A stretch of 43,548 bases of DNA from a virus. Its lineage: Duplodnaviria; Caudoviricetes. Below, piece by piece: positions 36,586-43,548 of the stretch. Under the pieces are notes generated by a model. It was not told the DNA's origin, did no database searches, and was given only the letters and a program-made list of their open reading frames with translations. The translations under genes and the position numbers were made by a program. Every line of letters starts with the position of its first letter. The first letter of the stretch is position 1. Location of the stretch: IMG/VR virus record IMGVR_UViG_3300026187_000029, positions 1-43,548 of that record. One strand, 5' to 3'.

Positions 36586-36942
36586 ATGTCAAAGGTGTCT
36601 ATGGTGATTCTTGGAGAGCCCTGTAGCAAGGCAAATAGTCGTAGACTTGTTAAGAGTAAGAGTGGACGACCCATGTTCATCAAATCCAGCAAGGCGCTGG
36701 CTTACGTCAAGTCATTTGAAAAACAATGTGCAAAAAGTGACACGCTGATCGAGGAGGATGTCTCGGTTTCGATCACAATTTACTACGCGAGCCGCCGACC
36801 TGACCTCGATGAGTCGTTAATTCTGGACTGCATGCAGGGATTGATATATAAGAACGACAGGCAGGTCAAAGAGAAGCATATCTATTGGGGGGGAGTGGAC
36901 AAAGACAATCCACGCGCAGAGATAAGTGTCGAACACCTATAA
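36586..36942 (+). CDS. rusA: RusA-like Holliday junction resolvase
   Basis: 118 aa, SKANS, RRPDLD, D..QG..Y.NDRQV, DK.NPR. Confidence 0.8.
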   Translation: MSKVSMVILGEPCSKANSRRLVKSKSGRPMFIKSSKALAYVKSFEKQCAKSDTLIEEDVSVSITIYYASRRPDLDESLILDCMQGLIYKNDRQVKEKHIYWGGVDKDNPRAEISVEHL

Positions 36943-37177
36943 AATCGTTTACAGCAAGGTCATTTTTCAGGCCATCAAAGACTTGGTTTGCAACTACCAA
37001 GATGACCGTGAAGCCGCGATTAAGTATCTGAAATCCCCAGCTTTTATTAACCATTGCCATATGGCAGGGTTCCCTGTCGGATTGCAAGACGCACTAGATG
37101 AAATGCTTCTTCTGAGCCGCACGCAACAGAAGGTCGTTGCGCGGATGGTGATGGAGGAGTTGTCGCAGTGTGCATAA
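36926..37177 (+). CDS. hypothetical protein
   Basis: 83 aa, VI.QAI.D...A..Y..S..F...C..AG. Confidence 0.6.
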   Translation: MSNTYKIVYSKVIFQAIKDLVCNYQDDREAAIKYLKSPAFINHCHMAGFPVGLQDALDEMLLLSRTQQKVVARMVMEELSQCA

Positions 37178-37197
37178 AAAAGCCCCCTTGCGGGGGC
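37176..37197 (-). terminator. rho-independent terminator oriented on the minus strand
   Basis: Minus strand reads GCCCCC-GCAA-GGGGGC-TTTTTT. Confidence 0.7.
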
Positions 37198-37221
37198 GTT
37201 AAGGCTCAAGAGAGTATCAAT

Positions 37222-37292
37222 CCTAGAAAGGTTCTAGGCTAGGTATATACCTATATTTAAATAGGAATATTCTAGTCTAGTACATTTCTAGG
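37222..37292. other. putative replication origin (AT-rich nested palindromes)
   Basis: Six CTAG, several palindromes, directly upstream of the primase-helicase. Confidence 0.5.
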
Positions 37293-37329
37293 GCTACCAA
37301 TAGCATGAAATTAGGAGGTAGTCAAACAA

Positions 37330-39078
37330 ATGAACAGCTTGGAAGACTTCGTTCTGAGTCACAACCAAGACGCCAGAGAGCGTTGCCCCGATTGCTCAGA
37401 CGCACGCAAAAAGAAAAGCATAAAGACACTTTCAATCACTGTTAAGCCCGACCAAACACTGTATCACTGTCACCACTGCGGACTGTCGGGGTCATACAGG
37501 CGTAAAAAATTCTATGAGGCTCACATGAATAAAGAGAAAGTAGTAAAGATACCAACTCAACTAAATTACAATGTAGAACTTGTTAAGAGCTTTTTCTCTG
37601 CCCGCGGCGTGGAGGTAGATAATCTCAACGAACTCCCACTGATGACCACCGGCACCAAATTCTTTGGCGGCGTCGAGAAGCAGGCTGTCGGGTTTGTGTA
37701 CGGCACGCGGGAGAGTCCATCTGCCATCAAGTGGCGCTCTGTTGAAGGTAAGGGGTTCACCTGTGATGGGGCGCCAAGATCATTTTACGGCATCGAAAAC
37801 ATAGAGGAAGAGGCCGAGGAATTAACGATAGTCGAGGGCGAGTGTGATGTTATCGCTCTGGCTAGCATCGGAATCAAGGCTGTTTCCTGCCCCAATGGGG
37901 CGCCGATAAAGGTATCCCACAACCGCATCGACCCCGAAGAGGACAAGAAGTTTGCGTTTATCTGGAATGAACGCGAGCGTTTGGACCGTTGCAAGAAGGT
38001 CGTGCTGGCAACAGATGCGGATGAGGCAGGGGAGGCGCTGGCAGAAGAGATCGCCCGTCGAGTGGGCAGAGCAAAATGCTGGCGGGTCAGGTTTCCCGAG
38101 GGCGCCAAGGATGCAAATGATGCCGTTAACAAGTTAGGTGCAGATGAAACCCGCCGGATCTTTGACAATCCCGAGCCAGTTCCATTGTCTGGAGTGTATG
38201 GCGCCAGTGAGTACCTCGACGCGGTAAAAGATATCTATCAGAATGGTCACGGCAGGGGAGCGTCTACTGGGTTTGATGCTATTGATGACCTGTTCACCAT
38301 CGCAGAAGGCCAGCTTTCGGTGGTCACCGGCATGCCATCAAGCGGCAAGTCAGAGTTCATCGACCAGATCATGATCAACCTAGCACGGCGAGAGTCATGG
38401 AAGTTTGCGGTCTGCTCGTTTGAGAACCCTCCCCACATGCACATAGCCAAGCTCGCCGAGAAGGTTTCGGGCAAGCCGTTCTACACCGGACTCAGTCAGC
38501 GCATGACAGAGGATGAGCTTGGGGAAGCTGTCGAGTTTATCAATGACCATTTCGTGTTTCTGGAGTCTAAGGATGGGGGTCTCAGCACGATAGACTCAAT
38601 CATCGACAGGGCTAAGCAGGCGGTCATGCGTATGGGGGTCAGGGGTCTGATCATCGACCCGTACAACTACATCGAGTCAAGCAGTCAGGAAGAGCATAGC
38701 AATATCAGCCAGATGCTGACCCGAATCACCAGCTTCGCCAAGGCCCACGGCATCCACGTCTGGTTTGTCGCCCACCCCCAGAAGATGTATCCCCGAGAGG
38801 ACGGAAGCTACGCGGTGCCCAAGGGCATGAATATTTCCGGTTCGGCGGCATGGTTTGCCAAAGCTGACCTAGGGGTGACAGTTCACCGGACAGATGAATC
38901 GGTTGAGATTCATTGCTGGAAGTCGAGATTCAAGTGGGTGGGATCGCAGGGTGTCGCCTATCTTAATTACAACATGTCTAACGGTACATACACGGAGCAT
39001 GTTGCCACACCCGAGCCTTCGCCCAAGGCGCTGTCCAAATTGCGTGGTCGGGAGTGGGATGACTTCGATGAGTTTTAG
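37330..39078 (+). CDS. primase-helicase (T7 gp4/Twinkle-like)
   Basis: 582 aa; Zn finger CPDC/CHHC, TOPRIM (VEGE.D, D.D.AG, KDAND), Walker A GMPSSGKS, IIDPY, VAHP; SD AGGAGG. Confidence 0.92.
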   Translation: MNSLEDFVLSHNQDARERCPDCSDARKKKSIKTLSITVKPDQTLYHCHHCGLSGSYRRKKFYEAHMNKEKVVKIPTQLNYNVELVKSFFSARGVEVDNLNELPLMTTGTKFFGGVEKQAVGFVYGTRESPSAIKWRSVEGKGFTCDGAPRSFYGIENIEEEAEELTIVEGECDVIALASIGIKAVSCPNGAPIKVSHNRIDPEEDKKFAFIWNERERLDRCKKVVLATDADEAGEALAEEIARRVGRAKCWRVRFPEGAKDANDAVNKLGADETRRIFDNPEPVPLSGVYGASEYLDAVKDIYQNGHGRGASTGFDAIDDLFTIAEGQLSVVTGMPSSGKSEFIDQIMINLARRESWKFAVCSFENPPHMHIAKLAEKVSGKPFYTGLSQRMTEDELGEAVEFINDHFVFLESKDGGLSTIDSIIDRAKQAVMRMGVRGLIIDPYNYIESSSQEEHSNISQMLTRITSFAKAHGIHVWFVAHPQKMYPREDGSYAVPKGMNISGSAAWFAKADLGVTVHRTDESVEIHCWKSRFKWVGSQGVAYLNYNMSNGTYTEHVATPEPSPKALSKLRGREWDDFDEF

Positions 39079-39234
39079 TTTTTACAGTTTTACGCAGGCT
39101 GAAAGCGTTGCAGTTATTGGGTTTGATCAGTTTGATCAGTTTTTCACACACCCCGAAAAACCTACTGCTAACAAGTTCTCAGCAGGCATTTTGATTATCC
39201 GGGGACAAATCCCGGGCACCCGGGAAGGATTCTT

Positions 39235-39714
39235 ATGACTAACAAGTTACACACAGACTTAGGAACCAAGGAAATCCACAAGCGCCATGCTGTGATGGTC
39301 GAGGGCGGTACGATGCCTCGGGCCAAGGTGATGGATCAGACGCTGATTGATCGGTATCTGATGAATGGCTTGCTGACACTGGGCGAGCACCAAGCGGGAG
39401 AATACCTCCTCAATCAGGCGATGAAGGCGGGTATCTTTACCAAGCCGCTAAGGTATGAGGCGGGTTCTGGCGAGGCCAACCCAGACTCAATGGCGTCTGA
39501 CGCCCTGATGCGCTACGGCAGGACGCTCAATCTGGTCGGCAAACGGTACGGGGATTTTGCAAAGTACCTTGTCGAAGAGGTTGTGATCCACGGGTGGGAT
39601 GTGTCGAAATCCAAGGACCGGCTTGTCACCCTGAAGAAAGGGCTGGAGTGGATCGCTGAGAGGAGGATGGCGGGGGGCCGAAACCCTACCCGTCATTTAA
39701 GGAGCGGTGGATGA
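39235..39714 (+). CDS. hypothetical protein, possible transcription regulator
   Basis: 159 aa helical; D.Y...G.L...E..AGE.L; follows the replication genes. Confidence 0.55.
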   Translation: MTNKLHTDLGTKEIHKRHAVMVEGGTMPRAKVMDQTLIDRYLMNGLLTLGEHQAGEYLLNQAMKAGIFTKPLRYEAGSGEANPDSMASDALMRYGRTLNLVGKRYGDFAKYLVEEVVIHGWDVSKSKDRLVTLKKGLEWIAERRMAGGRNPTRHLRSGG

Positions 39715-39795
39715 AGCTATGCTATATCACAGGGGATAGGGGCATACATAGCCTCTGACGACGCCACCGCTCGCCGTGTAGGAGTGTGCCCCAGA

Positions 39796-39975
39796 TCAGT
39801 CTACTTTACGAATCCGTTTTTTCAAAGGGGCGGGGCACCGCACTATCTCAAGTACGGTGCCCGTTGCCTCGGAAAGTGGCTTGACGCTGAGGTCAGACAT
39901 AATCGCAAAGTCCATCCCTCGCGCCTCGGCCATCTGGGTTGCCGCTTCCACGGCTATCTGCGCGTCTTTGCTCAT
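39796..39975 (-). CDS. small hypothetical protein
   Basis: Likely start ATG 39975 (MSKDAQIAVEAA...DLSVKPL...LEIV), ATGA-coupled. Confidence 0.55.
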   Translation of the reverse strand: MSKDAQIAVEAATQMAEARGMDFAIMSDLSVKPLSEATGTVLEIVRCPAPLKKRIRKVD

Positions 39976-40301
39976 CCAAATACCACAACAACTGAGAGTA
40001 AAACCAGTGTAGAAAACGAGCAAACTGCGCTTATCACTGCCGCTATGTCTGACAAGGTAGCAGTAGCGGACACGCGAACCTCGCCAGACTTCGCGGCATT
40101 TCTGCGGCGTAGATCCATGGTCTCCCGCCATGCCAAATGCAGTGCTTTTTTGGTGTTGATCCTGTTGTAGACAGCCGACTTCGAGCGGAAAGGAATGCGA
40201 GCGGCTATCTCGCCCAAAGGTAGCCCTTCCTTGATCAGCGAGAGGATGAATGCCTCTTCCTGATCCGTCCATTTTCTCCACTCGTTCTTTCTGCCGCTCA
40301 T
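39972..40301 (-). CDS. Myb/GcrA-like HTH protein with C-terminal TM helix
   Basis: WTDQEE..I...IKEG....EIAA.IP.RS.SAV.NR plus hydrophobic tail. Confidence 0.65.
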   Translation of the reverse strand: MSGRKNEWRKWTDQEEAFILSLIKEGLPLGEIAARIPFRSKSAVYNRINTKKALHLAWRETMDLRRRNAAKSGEVRVSATATLSDIAAVISAVCSFSTLVLLSVVVVFG

Positions 40302-40612
40302 GCGAACATTGCTCCGATGCAGATCAGGAGCGTGAGGAGGGAACAGAACGCCGCAATCGACGCGCTGACCATGCCAATCCAGATGCGGTTATCGTCGGCA
40401 ATCGAGCGGATCGCCTCAACCGAAACCTCGGGCTCCCTGTTGCGTCGGGTTTTATAGCGCGAATACTTCTCTCGCATGATGTGGGCTCGGTTTGATACCG
40501 CGCTCTCTGTTCGGCTTGGAAGGGCCGCGGCAATCTCCTTGTAGGTCAGCCCCGCCTTGATGCCGTTCTCGATGACATCATCCTCTTTGTTTGTCCATCT
40601 TTTCTTTGCCAT
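40298..40612 (-). CDS. Myb/GcrA-like HTH protein with C-terminal TM helix (paralogue)
   Basis: Start ATG 40612 with SD GAGGAG; WTNKED..I...IKAG....EIAA.LP.RT.SAV.NR plus hydrophobic tail. Confidence 0.65.
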   Translation of the reverse strand: MAKKRWTNKEDDVIENGIKAGLTYKEIAAALPSRTESAVSNRAHIMREKYSRYKTRRNREPEVSVEAIRSIADDNRIWIGMVSASIAAFCSLLTLLICIGAMFA

Positions 40613-40616
40613 GTGA

Positions 40617-40787
40617 TTACTCCTCACAGTTGATGTTGGGGTCGTAAGCAGGCCATACCTTGCTCTCAACCAGTTCGCAGTAGTGGCGCTCTCCGGCGAG
40701 TGCATCCTCGTGGTCCCCGCGTCCTACCACTCCCAAGATGAGCAGGAATGCCAACACCCCCGCCCAAATAGAAATTACGTTACTCAT
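40617..40787 (-). CDS. small membrane-anchored protein (56 aa, absent from the ORF track)
   Basis: MSNVISIWAGVLAFLLILGVVGRGDHEDALAGERHYCELVESKVWPAYDPNINCEE*; fills the gap and overlaps the upstream stop. Confidence 0.65.
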   Translation of the reverse strand: MSNVISIWAGVLAFLLILGVVGRGDHEDALAGERHYCELVESKVWPAYDPNINCEE

Positions 40788-41067
40788 CTCTGTTCGCCCC
40801 CGTTGCCAGCACTGCCACCGGAGGGTGATCGCTTTTCGCCTTTCTCAACAGCCACTTGGCAACTGCCCTGCGAAACTCAGCAGGGTCATCGCCCTTGTAG
40901 TCGATGTCGGTCAGCCTGACAGCGGACAGCGGCAGATTGCCAAAGTCTTTACCCGCCTTCACCCACTCGTCAAAGCTGGCGTACACCACATTCCGCACGT
41001 CAAGCATGCTCTCATCCCAGAATATCAACCGGCCAGATTGCTGACCCCTAATTACCGTCTGCATCAT
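40780..41067 (-). CDS. hypothetical protein
   Basis: 95 aa, SD GGAGG. Confidence 0.55.
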   Translation of the reverse strand: MMQTVIRGQQSGRLIFWDESMLDVRNVVYASFDEWVKAGKDFGNLPLSAVRLTDIDYKGDDPAEFRRAVAKWLLRKAKSDHPPVAVLATGANRDE

Positions 41068-41239
41068 TCCCCTCCTCCGGTCTCGTTAGATTGACTAATT
41101 GCCATGCAAGCTCATGCAACTGGCCCATTTCCTCTTCGGTGATTTCGCCATCCCCGAAAGAATCCTTCTTGTAGTACGATATCCAGCGCACCACTGAGGG
41201 AAGGTGCTCCATGATTTCCTGTAATGTCATATCCCTCAT
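41048..41239 (-). CDS. hypothetical protein
   Basis: 63 aa, SD GAGGAGG, ATGA overlap. Confidence 0.55.
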   Translation of the reverse strand: MRDMTLQEIMEHLPSVVRWISYYKKDSFGDGEITEEEMGQLHELAWQLVNLTRPEEGNDADGN

Positions 41240-41466
41240 GCCGCAACCTCCTCTTTTTTCAACGAAATAAATTCAGCCACAGTCAGGTCGGACTGGCTGG
41301 CCTCATCCCAGAGCTTGTGAATATCGTCGAGCGACCAATGGCTGTAATCCTCTACTCCTAACGAGTCAAGAATAAGACAGCAGTATGGTTCACCGGCAGA
41401 CCCTGAGATCGCAGAGCGCACCATCCGGTCAGTGTTGAGCGAATCTTTTTTCGGGAGCCTAATCAT
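41236..41466 (-). CDS. hypothetical protein
   Basis: 76 aa, coupled. Confidence 0.55.
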   Translation of the reverse strand: MIRLPKKDSLNTDRMVRSAISGSAGEPYCCLILDSLGVEDYSHWSLDDIHKLWDEASQSDLTVAEFISLKKEEVAA

Positions 41467-41734
41467 AAAGCCAGTCCCCCTCGCTCTCGTTAGCGTAGCA
41501 ACCGCCGATCACGATGCCGCACTCGTTTACGATGTCGGCCTCGCCCTCTGAGATGACTATGTTGGCGTCAAAGCCCAGCTTGCTGGCGGCGCTCCGCATG
41601 GCGCTCTCAGACCTGAGCACCGTGTCAACGGGGTGGCCCAATCGCCAAACGGTAAACGTGGAATCTGGCGCGTCTTCTGCCTCGGGGCAGTTGGGGTGAT
41701 GTCCGCTTGATCTCAAGCATTCTCTACAAAGCAT
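41459..41734 (-). CDS. hypothetical protein with N-terminal CxxC..HHxxC motif
   Basis: 91 aa, SD AGGAGG. Confidence 0.55.
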   Translation of the reverse strand: MLCRECLRSSGHHPNCPEAEDAPDSTFTVWRLGHPVDTVLRSESAMRSAASKLGFDANIVISEGEADIVNECGIVIGGCYANESEGDWLYD

Positions 41735-41798
41735 GATGATATCCTCCTACAGATACGTTTTGATGATAACAGGCAGTGATGCCCTCGTCTAACCTTTC

Positions 41799-41993
41799 TT
41801 ACCTACTATGGACAATTAGTTCCTTGTCGAGCCGCAAGCTGTCCACCTCTACCTCGATGCCCAGCAGTTTGCCATCGACTTCCACGTTGCTCGCCTCCTC
41901 CTCAGCCAAGCGTTTCGCTTCCTCCTCGTCGGGAGCCTCGACCTCGATCTCCCACTCGCGCATTTCTGTGACCCATACCGTATATGTATTCAT
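41799..41993 (-). CDS. small acidic hypothetical protein
   Basis: 64 aa, Y.V...E.....IEVEA..EEEA motif; SD GAGGAG. Confidence 0.6.
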   Translation of the reverse strand: MNTYTVWVTEMREWEIEVEAPDEEEAKRLAEEEASNVEVDGKLLGIEVEVDSLRLDKELIVHSR

Positions 41994-42003
41994 GTATCTC
42001 TCC

Positions 42004-42375
42004 TCAAAAAAGATTCAATTGCTCTTCGTCTGACAGCGACCTGATCCACATGTTGAACAGGCGCATCGCTTCGGCCTTGCTGATCCCGTACCAATCTTTT
42101 AACAAGTTAGGAGCATGACGCATGTCCGATTCTTCGTAACGTGCCATCTCATTCAGCACGTCGAGATAGCCCCCATCATCGGCTGGTTTCTCTGGGGGCA
42201 GGATGCTGGCGTATGCCGTCTTGCGGTAGCCAGTCTGGCGCGGGACGCCGCAGACATCTGAGTGCCTGCCGCTGACCCACGGCTGTCCCACCATCATGAA
42301 GTTCTTGGCATCCTCTGCTGAGTCTGCCTCGACCTCCAATTCATATGACTCGATGACTGTGACTTTGTACTTCAT
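42004..42375 (-). CDS. hypothetical protein
   Basis: 123 aa, N-terminal YKV.V.ES..LEVEADS.EDA motif similar to the neighbour. Confidence 0.6.
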   Translation of the reverse strand: MKYKVTVIESYELEVEADSAEDAKNFMMVGQPWVSGRHSDVCGVPRQTGYRKTAYASILPPEKPADDGGYLDVLNEMARYEESDMRHAPNLLKDWYGISKAEAMRLFNMWIRSLSDEEQLNLF

Positions 42376-42638
42376 GCGGCCTCCCCGCTCTCGTCGCGCA
42401 TTACATCCTTCAGGGCTTCACGCGCTTCGATAACCATCTGAACCATGGCCGCTTGATCTGCTGGCTTGCCCTCAAAACGTGAGATCAGGTCATGCAGAAG
42501 TTCGTCGATAACAACGACCATCGTGCCTTTACAAAAATCGTTCCCATCGTCAACGACCTCATTAACCTGAGAGGCGAAGTCCGCAGACTCGCGCTCAATT
42601 AATTTCTGAACCATTTTGCTGTCTTGAATAGAATCCAT
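42372..42638 (-). CDS. hypothetical protein
   Basis: 88 aa, SD GGAGG. Confidence 0.55.
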   Translation of the reverse strand: MDSIQDSKMVQKLIERESADFASQVNEVVDDGNDFCKGTMVVVIDELLHDLISRFEGKPADQAAMVQMVIEAREALKDVMRDESGEAA

Positions 42639-42671
42639 TTCAAATCCCTCCTACGGGATAACTTGTTAGTG

Positions 42672-42689
42672 AAAGGGGGCAGTGCCCCC
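42672..42689 (-). terminator. probable terminator after the vWA gene
   Basis: Minus strand reads GGGGGC-ACT-GCCCCC-TTT. Confidence 0.55.
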
Positions 42690-42690
42690 G

Positions 42691-43548
42691 TTACGCCGCC
42701 TCAGCGACGATGTAGTCGATGTTGTGACTGTCGAGGTCACGCTTGGTGTAGAGGTCAGGCTCACGGTCCAGCACGACCAGCAGATCATCCTGAGCGGCCA
42801 GACGGGCCCAGTCATCGCCCCACAACTCGCCATCGGTGAACACCATGATCAGGTCAGACTCGACGCCGTTCTGATCCAGCCAGTCGAGACCGGCAGACAT
42901 CTGGGTGCCGCCGCCCTTCCACGGCATGTCGATGTTGAGAAGCTCGTCGCTTGAGTAGGCCTCGTCTGCACGCTGGACCTCATGGTTAGTCCACAGGATG
43001 GTCACGCCCTCGATGGGGTTGACCGCATCCTGAATCGCGGCCAACTCATTGAGGTAGGCGGCGAAAGGCTCATCCCTGACAGATGACGAGATATCGCTGA
43101 TCACGGTCAGGCGGGTAAACTCGCCCAGCGTCTCAGGGCTGATCACGCCGATGGTCGCGTACTGACGCACCTTGATGCGGGAGAAGCTGGTGCGCTCGCC
43201 CTTGCCAACGCGCATGACGCGGTCAGCCAGTTCTGCGTTCCACGCCACATTGGACTGCTTGTCTGAGCGGTAGCGGTTGCCGCCATCCCTGATGTTGCTG
43301 GAGACCTTGGAGGTATCCTTGCCCTCAGCATCCATCTGGTCCAGACCGCGATCAATCGCCTCGCTGATATCGTGCTCGTCTTGAGCGGCGGCATCAGCCT
43401 GCTCGTCGGCATCGCCCTCGTACTCAGGGGTGAGGTGATAGTCGTGACCAGCGGGTGCAGGCAGGTCGCCTTCTCCTGACATGTTGCCAGTAGCGGAGCC
43501 ACCCTGCTGATCATCGCTGTCCTGCTGATCATCGCCACCCTGCTGATC
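42691..43548 (-). CDS. vWA-domain protein (DUF2201-type), N-terminus outside the window
   Basis: MIDAS DISSS, GGGT, VFTDG; frame stays open to the window edge. Confidence 0.75.
   Translation of the reverse strand, partial: DQQGGDDQQDSDDQQGGSATGNMSGEGDLPAPAGHDYHLTPEYEGDADEQADAAAQDEHDISEAIDRGLDQMDAEGKDTSKVSSNIRDGGNRYRSDKQSNVAWNAELADRVMRVGKGERTSFSRIKVRQYATIGVISPETLGEFTRLTVISDISSSVRDEPFAAYLNELAAIQDAVNPIEGVTILWTNHEVQRADEAYSSDELLNIDMPWKGGGTQMSAGLDWLDQNGVESDLIMVFTDGELWGDDWARLAAQDDLLVVLDREPDLYTKRDLDSHNIDYIVAEAA
43498..43548 (-). repeat. 18-bp tandem repeat (3 units visible) encoding DDQQGG/DDQQDS
   Basis: gccaccctgctgatcatc gctgtcctgctgatcatc gccaccctgctgatc. Confidence 0.85.

Noticed and set aside
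38894-39238. 114-aa plus-strand ORF bridging the primase end and the intergenic region
   Set aside because: TTG/alternative-frame overlap with the primase and a low-complexity translation; the region is better explained as non-coding and regulatory
39714-39796. Imperfect hairpin (GCTATG...CATAGC) between convergent genes
   Set aside because: Weak pairing and no U-tract; cannot be supported as a terminator or ncRNA
1-43548. Stop-codon reassignment, tRNA genes, introns/inteins, integrase
   Set aside because: Genes are intact under the standard code and all three stops are used; no cloverleaf, splice or intein motifs, or recombinase seen by eye (not a formal scan)

Overview
This window is a 43.5-kb segment of a tailed dsDNA phage genome. 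The gene set resembles podovirus-like marine phages of proteobacteria; host and taxonomy are inferred, not established. (1) Plus strand 1-31165 is the virion module: gpT-like major capsid, four very basic small proteins, head-tail adaptors, tail/fibre genes including three tandem six-repeat beta-propeller paralogues, a holin/M15 endolysin cassette, a tail nozzle-like protein, DNA-ejection proteins, a 2717-aa polyvalent protein and an SNase-like nuclease. The polyvalent protein carries an HExxH peptidase, ART-like, ParB-like and LPD38-like domains. (2) Minus strand 31162-36533 is a recombination module (NinB-like, HNH-like, SSB-like, Sak3-like annealase, PD-(D/E)xK exonuclease). (3) Plus strand 36586-39714 holds RusA, an origin-like palindrome cluster and a T7 gp4/Twinkle-like primase-helicase. 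(4) Minus strand 39796-43548 holds small early-type genes and a truncated vWA protein. The most notable unexplained signals are: a dispersed palindrome YTAAC-N2-GTTAR (10 copies of the TAAC-N2-GTTA core found by eye, about 0.5 expected), mostly embedded in-phase in coding sequence; a near-perfect parS site after the capsid gene; two membrane-anchored Myb/GcrA-like HTH paralogues; and a recurring domain-boundary motif in the giant protein that suggests self-processing. All product calls come from motif recognition by eye; no database searches were run.
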